Shown: one piece after another, positions 7,750 through 22,700 of the stretch | How the letters are laid out: every line of letters begins with the position of its first letter | How positions within the stretch are numbered: position 1 is the stretch's first letter | Program-made: the position numbers and the translations under genes | The notes under the pieces: model-generated | Databases searched by the model: none | Told to the model about the DNA's origin: nothing | What the model saw: the letters and a program-made list of their open reading frames with translations, nothing else | DNA from: Antedon mediterranea | Taxonomy: Eukaryota > Animalia > Echinodermata | Length of the DNA stretch: 64,000 nucleotides | Reading direction: 5' to 3' | Assembly: GCF_964355755.1 (NCBI RefSeq) | Contig: NC_092680.1 | Span: 10,912,001 to 10,976,000 of the forward strand

Positions 7750-10700
7750 GCTATTCTGTACACTTTGATGTTTTGTGTGAAAAAGTTTTGTCGAAATGCT
7801 CAAAATGGTCTAAAACGTTTTTAAATACGATATTAAGCTATTTTGTGATCTTTGATGTTTTTGTGTGAAAAGTTTTATCGAAATGCTCAAAATGGTCTAA
7901 AACGGTTTCTAATGCGATTTGAAGCTATTCTGTACACTTTGAAGTTTTGTGCGAAAAAGTTTTCTCGAAATGCTCAAAATGGTCTAAAACGTTTTTATAT
8001 ACCATATTAAGCTATTTTGTGCACTTTGATGTTTTTAGTGAAAAGTTTTATCGAAATGCTCAAAATGGTCTAAAACGGTTTCTATTGTGATTTTAAGCAC
8101 TTTGATGATTTTGTGTAACCAAGTTTCATCGAAATGTACAAAATGGTCTAAAACGTCTCCAAATGCGATTTGAAGCTATTCTAAGTACTTTTGTGTTTTT
8201 ATGTTAACAAGTTTTTTCGAAAATCAAAAAATGGTCTAAAACGTCTTCAAATGCGATTTGAAGCTATTCTGTACACTTTGATGTTTTGTGTGAAAAATTT
8301 TGTCGAAATGCTCAAAATGGTCTAAAACGTTTATAAATACGATATTAAGCTATTTTGTGATCTTTGATGTTTTTGTGTGAAAAGTTTTATCGAAATGCTC
8401 AAAAATGGTCTAAAACGGTTTCTAATGCGATTTGAAGCTATTCTGTACACTTTGAAGTTTTGTGGAAAAAGTTTTCTCGAAATGCTCAAAAAATGGTCTA
8501 AAACGTTTTTATATACCATATTAAGCTATTTTGTGCACTTTGATGTTTTTTGTGAAAAGTTTTATTGAAATGCTCAAAATGGTCTAAAACGGTTTCTATT
8601 GTGATTTTAAGCACTTTGATGATTTTGTGTAACCAAGTTTCATCGAAATGTACAAAATGGTCTAAAACGTCTCCAAATGCGATTTGAAGCTCTTCTGTAC
8701 ACTTTGATGTTTTGTGTGAAAAAGTTTTGTCGAAATTCTCAAAATGGTCTAAAACGTTTTTAAATACGATATTAAGCTGTTTTGTGCACTTTGATGATTT
8801 GTGTGAAAAGTTTTAACGAAATGCTCAAAATGGTCAAAAACGGTTTCTAATGTGATTTTAAGCACTTTGATGTTTTTGTGTAACCAAGTTTTTTCAAAAA
8901 TCACAAAATGGTCGAAAACGTCTCCAAATGCGATTTGAAGCTTTTCTAAGCACTTTGGTGTTTTTATGTTAACAAGTTTTTTCAAAAATCACAAAATGGT
9001 CTAAAACGTCTCCAAATGCGATTTGAAGATATTCTGAGCACTTTGGTGTTTTTATGTTAAAAAGTTTTTTCGAAATGCTCAAAATGGTCTAAAACGTTTT
9101 TATATACCATATTAAGCTATTTTGTGCACTTTGATGTTTTGTGTGAAAAAGTTTTGTCGAAATGCTCAAAATGGTCTAAAACGTTTTTAAAACGATATTA
9201 AGCTATTTTGTGCTCTTTGATGTTTTTGTGTAACCAAGTTTCATCGAAAATCACAAAATGGTCTAAAACGTCTCAAAATGCGATTTGAAGCTTTTCTAAG
9301 CACTTTGGTGTTTTTATGTTAACAAGTTTTTTCGAAAATCACGAAATGGTCTAAAATGTCTCCAAATGCGATTTGAAGATATTCTGAGCACTTTGGTGTT
9401 TTTATGTTAAAAAGTTTTTTCGAAAATCACAAAATGGTCTAAAACGTCTCCAAATGCGATTTGAAGCTCTTCTGTACACTTTGATGTTTTGTGTGAAAAA
9501 GTTTTGTCGAAATGCTCAAAATGGTCTAAAACGTTTTTAAATACGATATTAAGCTGTTTTTTGCACTTTGATGATTTGTGTGAAAAGTTTTAACGAAATG
9601 CTCAAAATGGTCTAAAACGGTTTCTAATGTGATTTTAAGCGCTTTGATGTTTTTGTGTAACCAAGTTTTTTCGAAAATCACAAAATGGTCTAAAACGTCT
9701 CCAAATGCGATTTGAAGCTTTTCTAAGCACTTTGGTGTTTTTATGTTAACAAGTTTTTTCGAAAATCACAAAATGGTCTAAAACGTCTCCAAATGCGATT
9801 TGAGGATATTCTGAGCACTTTGGTGTTTTTATGTTAAAAAGTTTTTTCGAAAATCACAAAATGGTCTAAAACGTCTCAAAATGCGATTTGAAGCTATTCT
9901 GTACACTTTGATGTTTTGTGTGAAAAAGTTTTGTCGAAATGCTCAAAATGGTCTAAAACGTTTTTAAAACGATATTAAGCTATTTTGTGCTCTTTGATGT
10001 TTTTGTGTAACCAAGTTTCATCGAAATCAACAAAATGGTCTAATACGTCTCCAAATGCGATTTGAAGCTTTTCCAAGCACTTTGCTGTTTTTATGTTAAC
10101 AAGTTTTTTCGAAAATCACAAAATGGTCTAAAACGTCTTCAAATGCGATTTGAAGCTATTCTGTACACTTTGATGTTTTGTGTGAAAAAGTTTTGTCGAA
10201 ATGCTCAAAATGGTCTAAAACGTTTTTAAATACAATATTAAGCTATTTTGTGATCTTTGATGTTTTTGTGTGAAAAGTTTTATCGAAATGCTCAAAATGG
10301 TCTAAAACGGTTTCTAATGCGATTTGAAGCTATTCGGTACACTTTGAAGTTTTTTGTGAAAAAGTTTTCTCGAAATGCTCAAAATGGTCTAAAAAGTTTT
10401 TATATACCATATTAAGCTATTTTGTGCACTTTGATGTTTTTTGTGAAAAGTTTTATCGAAATGCTCAAAATGGTCTAAAACGGTTTCTATTGTGATTTTA
10501 AGCACTTTGATGATTTTGTGTAACCAAGTTTCATCGAAATGTACAAAATGGTCTAAAACGTCTCCAAATGCGATTTGAAGCTATTCTAAGTACTTTTGTG
10601 TTTTTATGTTAACAAGTTTTTTCGAAAATCACAAAATGGTCTAAAACGTCTTCAAATGCGATTTGAAGCTATTCTGTACACTTTGATGTTTTGTGTGAAA

Positions 10701-13700
10701 AAGTTTTGTCGAAATGCTCAAAATGGTCTAAAACGTTTTTAAATACGATATTAAGCTATTTTGTGATCTTTGATGTTTTTGTGTGAAAAGTTTTATCGAA
10801 ATGCTCAAAATGGTCTAAAACGGTTTCTAATGCGATTTGAAGCTATTCTGTACACTTTGAAGTTTTTTGTGAAAAAGTTTTCTCGAAATGCTCAAAATGG
10901 TCTAAAACGTTTTTATATACCATATTAAGCTATTTTGTGCACTTTGATGTTTTTTGTGAAAAGTTTTATCGAAATTCTCAAAATGGTCTAAAACGGTTTC
11001 TATTGTGACTTTAAGCACTTTGATGATTTTGTGTAACCAAGTTTCATCGAAATGTACAAAATGGTCTAAAACGTCTCCAAATGCGATTTGAAGCTCTTCT
11101 GTACACTTTGATGTTTTGTGTGAAAAAGTTTTGTCGAAATTCTCAAAATGGTCTAAAACGTTTTTAAATATGATATTAAGCTGTTTTGTGCACTTTGATG
11201 ATTTGTGTGAAAAGTTTTAACGAAATGCTCAAAATGGTCAAAAACGGTTTCTAATGTGATTTTAAACACTTTGATGTTTTTGTGTAACCAAGTTTTTTCA
11301 AAAATCACAAAATGGTCTAAAACGTCTGCAAATGCGATTTGAAGCTTTTCTAAGCACTTTGGTGTTTTTATGTTAACAAGTTTTTTCGAAAATCACAAAA
11401 TGGTCTAAAACGTCTCTAAATGCGATTTGAAGATATTCTGAGCACTTTGGTGTTTTTATGTTAAAAAGTTTTTTCGAAAATCACAAAATAGTCTAAACCG
11501 TCTCAAAATGCGATTTGAAGCTATTCTGTACACTTTGATGTTTTGTGTGAAAAAGTTTTGTCGAAATGCTCAAAATGGTCTAAAACGTTTTTAAAACGAT
11601 ATTAAGCTATTTTGTGCTCTTTGATGTTTTTGTGTAACCAAGTTTCATCGAAAATCACAAAATGGTCTAAAACGTCTCCAAATGCGATTTGAAGCTTTTC
11701 TAAGCACTTTGGTGTTTTTATGTTAACAAGTTTTTTCGAAAATCACGAAATGGTCTAAAATGTCTCCAAATGCGATTTGAAGATATTCTGAGCACTTTGG
11801 TGTTTTTATGTTAAAACGTCTTTTCGAAAATCACAAAATGGTCTAAAACGTCTCCAAATGCGATTTGAAGCTCTTCTGTACACTTTGATGTTTTGTGTGA
11901 AAAAGTTTTGTCGAAATGCTCAAAATGGTCTAAAACGTTTTTAAATACGATATTAAGCTGTTTTGTGCAGTTTGATGATTTGTGTGAAAAGTTTTAACGA
12001 AATGCTCAAAATGGTCTAAAACGGTTTCTAATGTGATTTTAAGCACTTTGATGTTTTTGTGTAACCAAGTTTTTTCGAAAATCACAAAATGGTCTAAAAC
12101 GTCTCCAAATGCGATTTGAAGCTTTTCTAAGCACTTTGGTGTTTTTATGTTAACAAGTTTTTTCGAAAATCACAAAATGTTCTAAAACGTCTCCAAATGC
12201 GATTTGAAGCTATTCTGCACACTTTGATGTTTTGTGTGAAAAAGTTTTGTCGAAATACTCAAAATGGTCTAAAACGTTTTGAAAACGATATTAAGCTATT
12301 TTGTGCTCTTTGATGTTTTTGTGTAACCAAGTTTCATCGAAATCAACAAAATGGTCTAATACGTCTCCAAATGCGATTTGAAGCTTTTCCAAGCACTTTG
12401 CTTTTTTTATGTTAACAAGTTTTTTCGAAAATCACAAAATGGTCTAAAACGTCTTCAAATGCGATTTGAAGCTATTCTGTACACTTTGATGTTTTGTGTT
12501 AAAAAGTTTTGTCGAAATGCTCAAAATGGTCTAAAACGTTTTTAAATACGATATTAAGCTATTTTGTGATCTTTGATGTTTTTGTGTGAAAAGTTTTATC
12601 GAAATGCTCAAAATGGTCTAAAACGGTTTCAAATGCGATTTGAAGCTATTCTGTACACTTTGAAGTTTTTTGTGAAAAGGTTTTCTCGAAATGCTCAAAA
12701 TGGTCTAAAACGTTTTTATATACCATATTAACCTATTTTGGGCACTTTGATGTTTTTTGTGAAAAGTTTTATCGAAATGCTCAAAATGGTCTAAAACGGT
12801 TTCTATTGTGATTTTAAGCACTTTGATTATTTTGTGTAACCAAGTTTCATCGAAATGTACAAAATGGTCTAAAACGTCTCCAAATGCGATTTGAAGCTAT
12901 TCTAAGTACTTTTGTGTTTTTATGTTAACAAGTTTTTTCAAAAATCACAAAATGGTCTAAAACGTCTTCAAATCCGATTTGAAGCTATTCTGTACACTTT
13001 GATGTTTTGTGTGAAAAAGTTTTGTCGAAATGCTCAAAATGGTCTAAAACGTTTTTAAATACGATATTAAGCTATTTTGTGATCTTTGATGTTTTTGTGT
13101 GAAAAGTTTTATCGAAATGCTCAAAATGGTCTGAAACGGTTTCTAATGCGATTTGAAGCAATTCTGTACACTTTGAAGTTTTTTGTGAAAAAGTTTTCTC
13201 GAAATGCTCAAAATGGTCTAAAACGTTTTTATATACCATATTAAGCTAATTTGTGCACTTTGATGTTTTTTGTGAAAAGTTTTATCGAAATGCTCAAAAT
13301 GGTCTAAAATGGTTTCTATTGTGATTTTAAGCACTTTGATGATTTTGTGTAACCAAGTTTCATCGAAATGTACAAAATGGTCTAAAACGTCTCCAAATGC
13401 GATTTGAAGCTTTTCTAAGCACTTTGGTGTTTTTATGTTAACAAGTTTTTTTGAAAATCACAAAATGGTCTAAAACGTCTCCAAATGCGATTTGAAGATA
13501 TTCTGAGCACTTTGGTGTTTTTATGTTAAAAAGTTTTTTCGAAAATCACAAAATAGTCTAAAAAGTCTCAAAATGCGATTTGAAGCTATTCTGTACACTT
13601 TGATGTTTTGTGTGAAAAAGTTTTGTCGAAATGCTCAAAATGGTCTAAAACGTTTTTAAAACGATATTAAGCTATTTTGTGCTCTTTGATGTTTTTGTGT

Positions 13701-16700
13701 AACCAAGTTTCATCGAAAATCACAAAATGGTCTAAAACGTCTCAAAATGCGATTTGAAGCTTTTCTAAGCACTTTGGTGTTTTTATGTTAACAAGTTTTT
13801 TCGAAAATCACAAAATGGTCTAAAACGTCTCCAAATGCGATTTGAAGATATTCTGAGCACTTTGGTGTTTTTATGTTAAAAAGTTTTTTCGAAAATCACA
13901 AAATAGTCTAAAACGTCTCCAAATGCGATTTGAAGCTATTCTGTACACTTTGATGTTTTGTGTGAAAAAGTTTTGTCGAAATGCTCAAAATGGTCTAAAA
14001 CGTTTTTAAAACGATATTAAGCTATTTTGTGCTCTTTGATGTTTTTGTGTAACCAAGTTTCATCGAAAATCACAAAATGGTCTAAAACGTCTCCAAATGC
14101 GATTTGAAGCTTTTCTAAGCACTTTGGTGTTTTTATGTTAACAAGTTTTTTCGAAAATCACGAAATTGTCTAAAATGTCTCCAAATGCGATTTGAAGCTA
14201 TTCTGTACACTTTGATGTTTTGTGTGAAAAAGTTTTGTCGAAATGCTCAAAATGGTCTAAAACGTTTTTAAATACAATATTAAGCTATTTTGTGATCTTT
14301 GATGTTTTTGTGTGAAAAGTTTTATCGAAATGCTCAAAATGGTCTAAAACGGTTTCTAATGCGATTTGAAGCTATTCGGTACACTTTGAAGTTTTTTGTG
14401 AAAAAGTTTCCTCGAAATGCTCAAAATGGTCTAAAAAGTTTTTATATACCATATTAAGCTATTTTGTGCACTTTGATGTTTTTTGTGAAAAGTTTTATCG
14501 AAATGCTCAAACTGGTCTAAAACGGTTTCTATTGTGATTTTAAGCACTTTGATGATTTTGTGTAACCAAGTTTCATCGAAATGTACAAAATGGTCTAAAA
14601 CGTCTCCAAATGCGATTTGAAGCTATTCTAAGTACTTTTGTGTTTTTATGTTATCAAGTTTTTTCGAAAATCACAAAATGGTCTAAAACGTCTTCAAATG
14701 CGATTTGAAGCTATTCTGTACACTTTGATGTTTTGTGTGAAAAAGTTTTGTCGAAATGCTCAAAATGGTCTAAAACGTTTTTAAATACGATATTAAGCTA
14801 TTTTGTGATCTTTGATGTTTTTGTGTGAAAAGTTTTATCGAAATGCTCAAAATGGTCTAAAACGGTTTCTAATGCGATTTGAAGCTATTCTGTACACTTT
14901 GAAGTTTTTTGTGAAAAAGTTTTCTCGAAATGCTCAAAATGGTCTAAAACGTTTTTATATACCATATTAAGCTATTTTGTGCACTTTGATGTTTTTTGTG
15001 AAAAGTTTTATCGAAATTCTCAAAATGGTCTAAAACGGTTTCTATTGTGACTTTAAGCACTTTGATGATTTTGTGTAACCAAGTTTCATCGAAATGTACA
15101 AAATGGTCTAAAACGTCTCCAAATGCGATTTGAAGCTCTTCTGTACACTTTGATGTTTTGTGTGAAAAAGTTTTGTCGAAATTCTCAAAATGGTCTAAAA
15201 CGTTTTTAAATATGATATTAAGCTGTTTTGTGCACTTTGATGATTTGTGTGAAAAGTTTTAACGAAATGCTCAAAATGGTCAAAAACGGTTTCTAATGTG
15301 ATTTTAAACACTTTGATGTTTTTGTGTAACCAAGTTTTTTCAAAAATCACAAAATGGTCTAAAACGTCTGCAAATGCGATTTGAAGCTTTTCTAAGCACT
15401 TTGGTGTTTTTATGTTAACAAGTTTTTTCGAAAATCACAAAATGGTCTAAAACGTCTCTAAATGCGATTTGAAGATATTCTGAGCACTTTGGTGTTTTTA
15501 TGTTAAAAAGTTTTTTCGAAAATCACAAAATAGTCTAAACCGTCTCAAAATGCGATTTGAAGCTATTCTGTACACTTTGATGTTTTGTGTGAAAAAGTTT
15601 TGTCGAAATGCTCAAAATGGTCTAAAACGTTTTTAAAACGATATTAAGCTATTTTGTGCTCTTTGATGTTTTTGTGTAACCAAGTTTCATCGAAAATCAC
15701 AAAATGGTCTAAAACGTCTCCAAATGCGATTTGAAGCTTTTCTAAGCACTTTGGTGTTTTTATGTTAACAAGTTTTTTCGAAAATCACGAAATGGTCTAA
15801 AATGTCTCCAAATGCGATTTGAAGATATTCTGAGCACTTTGGTGTTTTTATGTTAAAACGTCTTTTCGAAAATCACAAAATGGTCTAAAACGTCTCCAAA
15901 TGCGATTTGAAGCTCTTCTGTACACTTTGATGTTTTGTGTGAAAAAGTTTTGTCGAAATGCTCAAAATGGTCTAAAACGTTTTTAAATACGATATTAAGC
16001 TGTTTTGTGCAGTTTGATGATTTGTGTGAAAAGTTTTAACGAAATGCTCAAAATGGTCTAAAACGGTTTCTAATGTGATTTTAAGCACTTTGATGTTTTT
16101 GTGTAACCAAGTTTTTTCGAAAATCACAAAATGGTCTAAAACGTCTCCAAATGCGATTTGAAGCTTTTCTAAGCACTTTGGTGTTTTTATGTTAACAAGT
16201 TTTTTCGAAAATCACAAAATGTTCTAAAACGTCTCCAAATGCGATTTGAAGCTATTCTGCACACTTTGATGTTTTGTGTGAAAAAGTTTTGTCGAAATAC
16301 TCAAAATGGTCTAAAACGTTTTGAAAACGATATTAAGCTATTTTGTGCTCTTTGATGTTTTTGTGTAACCAAGTTTCATCGAAATCAACAAAATGGTCTA
16401 ATACGTCTCCAAATGCGATTTGAAGCTTTTCCAAGCACTTTGCTTTTTTTATGTTAACAAGTTTTTTCGAAAATCACAAAATGGTCTAAAACGTCTTCAA
16501 ATGCGATTTGAAGCTATTCTGTACACTTTGATGTTTTGTGTGAAAAAGTTTTGTCGAAATGCTCAAAATGGTCTAAAACGTTTTTAAATACGATATTAAG
16601 CTATTTTGTGATCTTTGATGTTTTTGTGTGAAAAGTTTTATCGAAATGCTCAAAATGGTCTAAAACGGTTTCAAATGCGATTTGAAGCTATTCTGTACAC

Positions 16701-19700
16701 TTTGAAGTTTTTTGTGAAAAGGTTTTCTCGAAATGCTCAAAATGGTCTAAAACGTTTTTATATACCATATTAACCTATTTTGGGCACTTTGATGTTTTTT
16801 GTGAAAAGTTTTATCGAAATGCTCAAAATGGTCTAAAACGGTTTCTATTGTGATTTTAAGCACTTTGATTATTTTGTGTAACCAAGTTTCATCGAAATGT
16901 ACAAAATGGTCTAAAACGTCTCCAAATGCGATTTGAAGCTATTCTAAGTACTTTTGTGTTTTTATGTTAACAAGTTTTTTCAAAAATCACAAAATGGTCT
17001 AAAACGTCTTCAAATCCGATTTGAAGCTATTCTGTACACTTTGATGTTTTGTGTGAAAAAGTTTTGTCGAAATGCTCAAAATGGTCTAAAACGTTTTTAA
17101 ATACGATATTAAGCTATTTTGTGATCTTTGATGTTTTTGTGTGAAAAGTTTTATCGAAATGCTCAAAATGGTCTGAAACGGTTTCTAATGCGATTTGAAG
17201 CAATTCTGTACACTTTGAAGTTTTTTGTGAAAAAGTTTTCTCGAAATGCTCAAAATGGTCTAAAACGTTTTTATATACCATATTAAGCTAATTTGTGCAC
17301 TTTGATGTTTTTTGTGAAAAGTTTTATCGAAATGCTCAAAATGGTCTAAAATGGTTTCTATTGTGATTTTAAGCACTTTGATGATTTTGTGTAACCAAGT
17401 TTCATCGAAATGTACAAAATGGTCTAAAACGTCTCCAAATGCGATTTGAAGCTTTTCTAAGCACTTTGGTGTTTTTATGTTAACAAGTTTTTTTGAAAAT
17501 CACAAAATGGTCTAAAACGTCTCCAAATGCGATTTGAAGATATTCTGAGCACTTTGGTGTTTTTATGTTAAAAAGTTTTTTCGAAAATCACAAAATAGTC
17601 TAAAAAGTCTCAAAATGCGATTTGAAGCTATTCTGTACACTTTGATGTTTTGTGTGAAAAAGTTTTGTCGAAATGCTCAAAATGGTCTAAAACGTTTTTA
17701 AAACGATATTAAGCTATTTTGTGCTCTTTGATGTTTTTGTGTAACCAAGTTTCATCGAAAATCACAAAATGGTCTAAAACGTCTCAAAATGCGATTTGAA
17801 GCTTTTCTAAGCACTTTGGTGTTTTTATGTTAACAAGTTTTTTCGAAAATCACAAAATGGTCTAAAACGTCTCCAAATGCGATTTGAAGATATTCTGAGC
17901 ACTTTGGTGTTTTTATGTTAAAAAGTTTTTTCGAAAATCACAAAATAGTCTAAAACGTCTCCAAATGCGATTTGAAGCTATTCTGTACACTTTGATGTTT
18001 TGTGTGAAAAAGTTTTGTCGAAATGCTCAAAATGGTCTAAAACGTTTTTAAAACGATATTAAGCTATTTTGTGCTCTTTGATGTTTTTGTGTAACCAAGT
18101 TTCATCGAAAATCACAAAATGGTCTAAAACGTCTCCAAATGCGATTTGAAGCTTTTCTAAGCACTTTGGTGTTTTTATGTTAACAAGTTTTTTCGAAAAT
18201 CACGAAATTGTCTAAAATGTCTCCAAATGCGATTTTAAGATATTCTGAGCACTTTGGTGTTTTTATGTTAAAACTTTTTTTCGAAAATCACAAAATGGTC
18301 TAAAACGTCTCCAAATGCGATTTGAAGCTCTTCTGTACACTTTGATGTTTTGTGTGAAAAAGTTTTGTCGAAATGCTCAAAATGGTCTAAAACGTTTTTA
18401 AATACGATATTAGGCTGTTTTGTGCAGTTTGATGATTTGTGTGAAAAGTTTTAACGAAATGCTCAAAATGGTCTAAAACGGTTTCTAATGCGATTTGAAG
18501 CTATTCTGTACACTTTGAAGTTTTTTGTGAAAAAGTTTTCTCGAAATGCTCAAAATGGTCTAAAACGTTTTTATATACCATATTAAGCTATTTTGTGCAC
18601 TTTGATGTTTTTTGTGAAAAGTTTTATCGAAATGCTCAAAATGGTCTGAAACGGTTTCTATTGTGATTTTAAGCACTTTGATGATTTTGTGTAACCAAGT
18701 TTCATCGAAATGTACAAAATGGTCTAAAACGTCTCCAAATGCGATTTGAAGCTATTCTAAGTACTTTTGTGTTTTTATGTTAACAAGTTTTTTCGAAAAT
18801 CACGAAATGGTCTAAAATGTCTCCAAATGCGATTTGAAGATATTCTGAGCACTTTGGTGTTTTTATGTTAAAAAGTTTTGTCGAAATGCTCAAAATGGTC
18901 TAAAACGTTTTTAAATACGATATTAAGCTATTTTGTGATCTTTGATGTTTTTGTGTGAAAAGTTTTATCGAAATGCTCAAAATGGTCTAAAACGGTTTCT
19001 ATTGTGATTTTAAGCACTTTGATGATTTTGTGTAACCAAGTTTCATCGAAATGTACAAAATGGTCTAAAACGTCTCCAAATGCGATTTGAAGCTATTCTA
19101 AGTACTTTTGTGGTTTTATGTTAACAAGTTTTTTCGAAAATCACGAAATGGTCTAAAACGTCTTCAAATGCGATTTGAAGCTATTCTGTACACTTTGATG
19201 TTTTGTGTGAAAAAGTTTTGTCGAAATGCTCAAAATGGTCTAAAACGTTTTTAAATACGATATTAAGCTATTTTGTGATCTTTGATGTTTTTGTGTGAAA
19301 AGTTTTATCGAAATGCTCAAAATGGTCTAAAACGGTTTCTATTGTGATTTTAAGCACTTTGATGATTTTGTGTAACCAAGTTTCATCGAAATGTACAAAA
19401 TGGTCTAAAACGTCTCCAAATGCGATTTGAAGCTATTCTAAGTACTTTTGTGTTTTTATGTTAACAAGTTTTTTCGAAAATCACAAAATGGTCTAAAACG
19501 TCTTCAAATGCGATTTGAAGCTATTCTGTACACTTTGATGTTTTGTGTGAAAAAGTTTTGTCAAAATGCTCAAAATGGTCTAAAACGTTTTTAAAACGAT
19601 ATTAAGCTATTTTGTGCTCTTTGATGTTTTTGTGTAACCAAGTTTCATCGAAAATCACAAAATGGTCTAAAACGTCTCCAAATGCGATTTGAAGCTTTTC

Positions 19701-22700
19701 TAAGCACTTTGGTGTTTTTATGTTAACAAGTTTTTTCGAAAATCACAAAATGGTCTAAAACGTCTCCAAATGCGATTTGAAGCTCTTCTGTACACTTTGA
19801 TGTTTTGTGTGAAAAAGTTTTGTCGAAATTCTCAAAATGGTCTAAAACGTTTTTAAATACGATATTAAGCTGTTTTGTGCACTTTGATGATTTGTGTGAA
19901 AAGTTTTAACGAAATGCTCAAAATGGTCAAAAACGGTTTCTAATGTGATTTTAAGCACTTTGATGTTTTTGTGTAACCAAGTTTTTTCAAAAATTTCAAA
20001 ATGGTCTAAAACGTCTCCAAAAGCGATTTGAAGCTTTTCTAAGCACTTTGGTGTTTTTATGTTAACAAGTTTTTTCGAAAATCACAAAATGGTCTAAAAC
20101 GTCTCCAAATGCGATTTGAAGATATTCTGAGCACTTTGGTGTTTTTATGTTAAAAAGTTTTTTCGAAAATCACAAAATGGTCTAAAACGTCTTCAAATGC
20201 GATTTGAAGCTATTCTGTACACTTTGATGTTTTGTGTGAAAAAGTTTTGTCGAAATGCTCAAAATGGTCTAAAACGTTTTTAAATACGATATTAAGCTAT
20301 TTTGTGATCTTTGATGTTTTTGTGTGAAAAGTTTTATCGAAATGCTCAAAATGGTCTAAAACGGTTTCTAATGCGATTTGAAGCTATTCTGTACACTTTG
20401 AAGTTTTGTGTGAAAAAGTTTTCTCGAAATGCTCAAAATGGTCTAAAACGTTTTTATATACCATATTAAGCTATTTTGTGCACTTTGATGTTTTTTGTGA
20501 AAAGTTTTATCGAAATGCTCAAAATGGTCTAAAACGGTTTCTATTGTGATTTTAAGCACTTTGATGATTTTGTGTAACCAAGTTTCATCGAAATGTACAA
20601 AATGGTCTAAAACGTCTCCAAATGCGATTTGAAGCTATTCTAAGTACTTTTGTGTTTTTATGTTAACAAGTTTTTTCGAAAATCACAAAATGGTCTAAAA
20701 CGTCTCCAAATGCGATTTGAAGCTATTCTGTACACTTTGATGTTTTGTGTGAAAAAGTTTTGTCGAAATGCTCAAAATGGTCTAAAACGTTTTTAAAACG
20801 ATATTAAGCTATTTTGTGCTCTTTGATGTTTTTGTGTAACCAAGTTTCATCGAAATCAACAAAATGGTCTAATACGTCTCCAAATGCGATTTGAAGCTTT
20901 TCCAAGCACTTTGCTGTTTTTATGTTAACAAGTTTTTTCGAAAATCACAAAATGGTCTAAAACGTCTTCAAATGCGATTTGAAGCTATTCTGTACACTTT
21001 GATGTTTTGTGTGAAAAAGTTTTGTCGAAATGCTCAAAATGGTCTAAAACGTTTTTAAATACGATATTAAGCTATTTTGTGATCTTTGATGTTTTTGTGT
21101 GAAAAGTTTTATCGAAATGCTCAAAATGGTCTAAAACGGTTTCTAATGCGATTTGAAGCTATTCTGTACACTTTGAAGTTTTTTGTTAAAAAGTTTTCTC
21201 GAAATGCTCAAAATGGTCTAAAAAGTTTTTATATACCATATTAAGCTATTTTGTGCACTTTGATGTTTTTTGTGAAAAGTTTTATCGAAATGCTCAAAAT
21301 GGTCTAAAACGGTTTCTATTGTGATTTTAAGCACTTTGATGATTTTGTGTAACCAAGTTTCATCGAAATGTACAAAATGGTCTAAAACGTCTCCAAATGC
21401 GATTTGAAGCTAATCTAAGTACTTTTGTGTTTTTATGTTAACAAGTTTTTTCGAAAATCACAAAATGGTCTAAAACGTCTTCAAATGCGATTTGAAGCTA
21501 TTCTGTACACTTTGATGTTTTGTGTGAAAAAGTTTTGTCGAAATGCTCAAAATGGTCTAAAACGTTTTTAAATACGATATTAAGCTATTTTGTGATCTTT
21601 GATGTTTTTGTGTGAAAAGTTTTATCGAAATGCTCAAAATGGTCTAAAACGGTTTCTAATGCGATTTGAAGCTATTCTGTACACTTTGAAGTTTTTTGTG
21701 AAAAAGTTTTCTCGAAATGCTCAAAATGGTCTAAAACGTTTTTATATACCATATTAAGCTATTTTGTGCACTTTGATGTTTTTTGTGAAAAGTTTTATCG
21801 AAATTCTCAAAATGGTCTAAAACGGTTTCTATTGTGATTTTAAGCACTTTGATGATTTTGTGTAACCAAGTTTCATCGAAATGTACAAAATGGTCTAAAA
21901 CGTCTCCAAATGCGATTTGAAGCTCTTCTGTACACTTTGATGTTTTGTGTGAAAAAGTTTTGTCGAAATTCTCAAAATGGTCTAAAACGTTTTTAAATAC
22001 GATATTAAGCTGTTTTGTGCACTTTGATGATTTGTGTGAAAAGTTTTAACGAAATGCTCAAAATGGTCAAAAACGGTTTCTAATGTGATTTTAAGCACTT
22101 TGATGTTTTTGTGTAACCAAGTTTTTTCAAAAATCACAAAATGGTCGAAAACGTCTCCAAATGCGATTTGAAGCTTTTCTAAGCACTTTGGTGTTTTTAT
22201 GTTAACAAGTTTTTTCGAAAATCACAAAATGGTCTAAAACGTCTCCAAATGCGATTTGAAGATATTCTGAGCACTTTGGTGTTTTTATGTTAAAAAGTTT
22301 TTTCGAAAATCACAAAATAGTCTAAAACGTCTCAAAATTCGATTTGAAGCTATTCTGTACACTTTTATGTTTTGTGTGAAAAAGTTTTGTCGAAATGCTC
22401 AAAATGGTCTAAAACGTTTTTAAAACGATATTAAGCTATTTTGTGCTCTTTGATGTTTTTGTGTAACCAAGTTTCATCGAAAATCACAAAATGGTCTAAA
22501 ACGTCTCCAAATGCGTTTTTAAGCTTTTCTAAGCACTTTGGTGTTTTTATGTTAACAAGTTTTTTCGAAAATCACGAAATGGTCTAAAATGTCTCCAAAT
22601 GCGATTTGAAGATATTCTGAGCACTTTGGTGTTTTTATGTTAAAAAGTTTTTTCGAAAATCACAAAATGGTCTAAAACGTCTCCAAATGCGATTTGAGGA

